From: Acidimicrobiaceae bacterium
Lineage (GTDB): Bacteria > Actinomycetota > Acidimicrobiia > Acidimicrobiales > JACDCH01
Assembly: GCA_041166685.1 (NCBI GenBank)
Contig: JBEEGD010000242.1
Location: 1-34,610 of the forward strand
Reading direction: 5' to 3'
Length of the DNA: 34,610 bases
Under the pieces are notes generated by a model. That model did no database searches. It saw only the letters and a list, made by a program, of their open reading frames with translations, and had not been told where the DNA came from. How positions within the stretch are numbered: the stretch's first letter is position 1; the number at the start of each line of letters is the position of its first letter. This document shows, one piece after another, positions 33,917 through 34,610 of this stretch. Position numbers and translations under genes: made by a program.

Positions 33917-34548
33917 AGGTCACGCTGACGTTCGACAACGGGCCGTGGCCCGGCGTCACCGAGAAGGTGCTCGACACGCTTGCAGCGCGCCGGGTGCGCT
34001 CCACCTTCTTCGTCGTCGGCGATCAGCTGCGATCGTCACGAGCGTTCGCTGAGCGGGCAGTCGCCGAGGGGCACTGGATCGGCAACCACACGATGACGCA
34101 CAAGGTGCCGCTCGGCGACGGAGCGGATCCGGTGAAGGAGATCGACGCGACGCAAGAGCTCATCGGCAGCCTTGCGCACCCCTCGCGATGGTTCCGCCCG
34201 TTCGGACGCGGTGGCGTCCTCGACGAGCGGTTGTTGAGCAGTGATGCGGTGGCTCACTTGCAGCAAGGCGGTTACAGCTGCGTGCTGTGGAACAGCGTGC
34301 CGCGTGACTGGGAGGATCCCGACGCGTGGATCGACCGCGCACTCGCCGACATCGAGGCGAACGAGTGGACCGTCGTCGTGCTGCACGACCTGCCCACGGG
34401 CGCGATGGACCGGCTGCCCCGCTTGCTCGACGAGCTCGAAGCTCGTGGCGCGGACCTCGTGCAGGACTTCCCCGACGATTGCGTCCCGATCCGCAACGGC
34501 GAAGTCGTCGGCGACCTCACCGGCCTGGTGAAATCCCACACCGCCTGA
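33913..34548 (+). CDS. Polysaccharide deacetylase (CE4/NodB) family
   Basis: TLTFDNGP, TFFVVG, GNHTMTH, FRPFG, DW, VLHD; TTGA overlap with the upstream stop. Confidence 0.88.
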   Translation: MKVTLTFDNGPWPGVTEKVLDTLAARRVRSTFFVVGDQLRSSRAFAERAVAEGHWIGNHTMTHKVPLGDGADPVKEIDATQELIGSLAHPSRWFRPFGRGGVLDERLLSSDAVAHLQQGGYSCVLWNSVPRDWEDPDAWIDRALADIEANEWTVVVLHDLPTGAMDRLPRLLDELEARGADLVQDFPDDCVPIRNGEVVGDLTGLVKSHTA

Positions 34549-34595
34549 AATCCCACTCATCCGTACACAAATCTGTGTACGGATGAGTGGGAATT
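34548..34595. repeat. 48-nt palindromic repeat, TCCCACTCA family, copy 2
   Basis: TCCCACTCATCCGTACACA-aatc-TGTGTACGGATGAGTGGGA, a perfect 19-bp stem right after the deacetylase stop. Confidence 0.85.
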
Positions 34596-34610
34596 GCCTC
34601 AACTCTGGGG

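Noticed and set aside
852-34595. CRISPR array interpretation of the palindromes
   Set aside because: Copies are isolated and kilobases apart, with no regular spacers and no cas genes.

Overview
High-GC chromosomal window from an actinobacterium, probably Acidimicrobiia-like (inferred from DUF3499, SCO6745-like and MDMPI-family genes, the pmm-Trm112-SIS-ahcY-comF-hpf-RR-secA gene order and many apparently leaderless starts). The backbone is housekeeping: ftsH, a mannose/glycosylation cluster, ahcY, an ECF sigma/anti-sigma pair, comF, hpf, secA, prfB and ftsEX. It is followed by accessory metabolic and signalling genes: a frameshifted crotonase, APH-like kinase, esterase, RIO-type kinase, EamA transporter, PAS-GGDEF-EAL protein, PhyH dioxygenase and polysaccharide deacetylase. 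I saw no tRNA, rRNA, CRISPR array or transposase. The most interesting signals lie outside the called ORFs. (1) An uncalled 60-aa ORF between comF and hpf has a FlgM-like anti-sigma-28 residue pattern, and 4-5 sigma-28/WhiG-type promoters sit in front of small and signalling genes. (2) A ~365-bp non-coding element (29896-30259) consists of two diverged, inverted ~140-nt structured arms with compensatory changes. (3) A leader peptide and attenuator-like structure precede the RIO kinase. (4) A structured ahcY leader can hide the SD and AUG. (5) Several 43-48-nt palindromes at gene ends form at least two repeat families. All family assignments are by eye from motifs; no searches were run.
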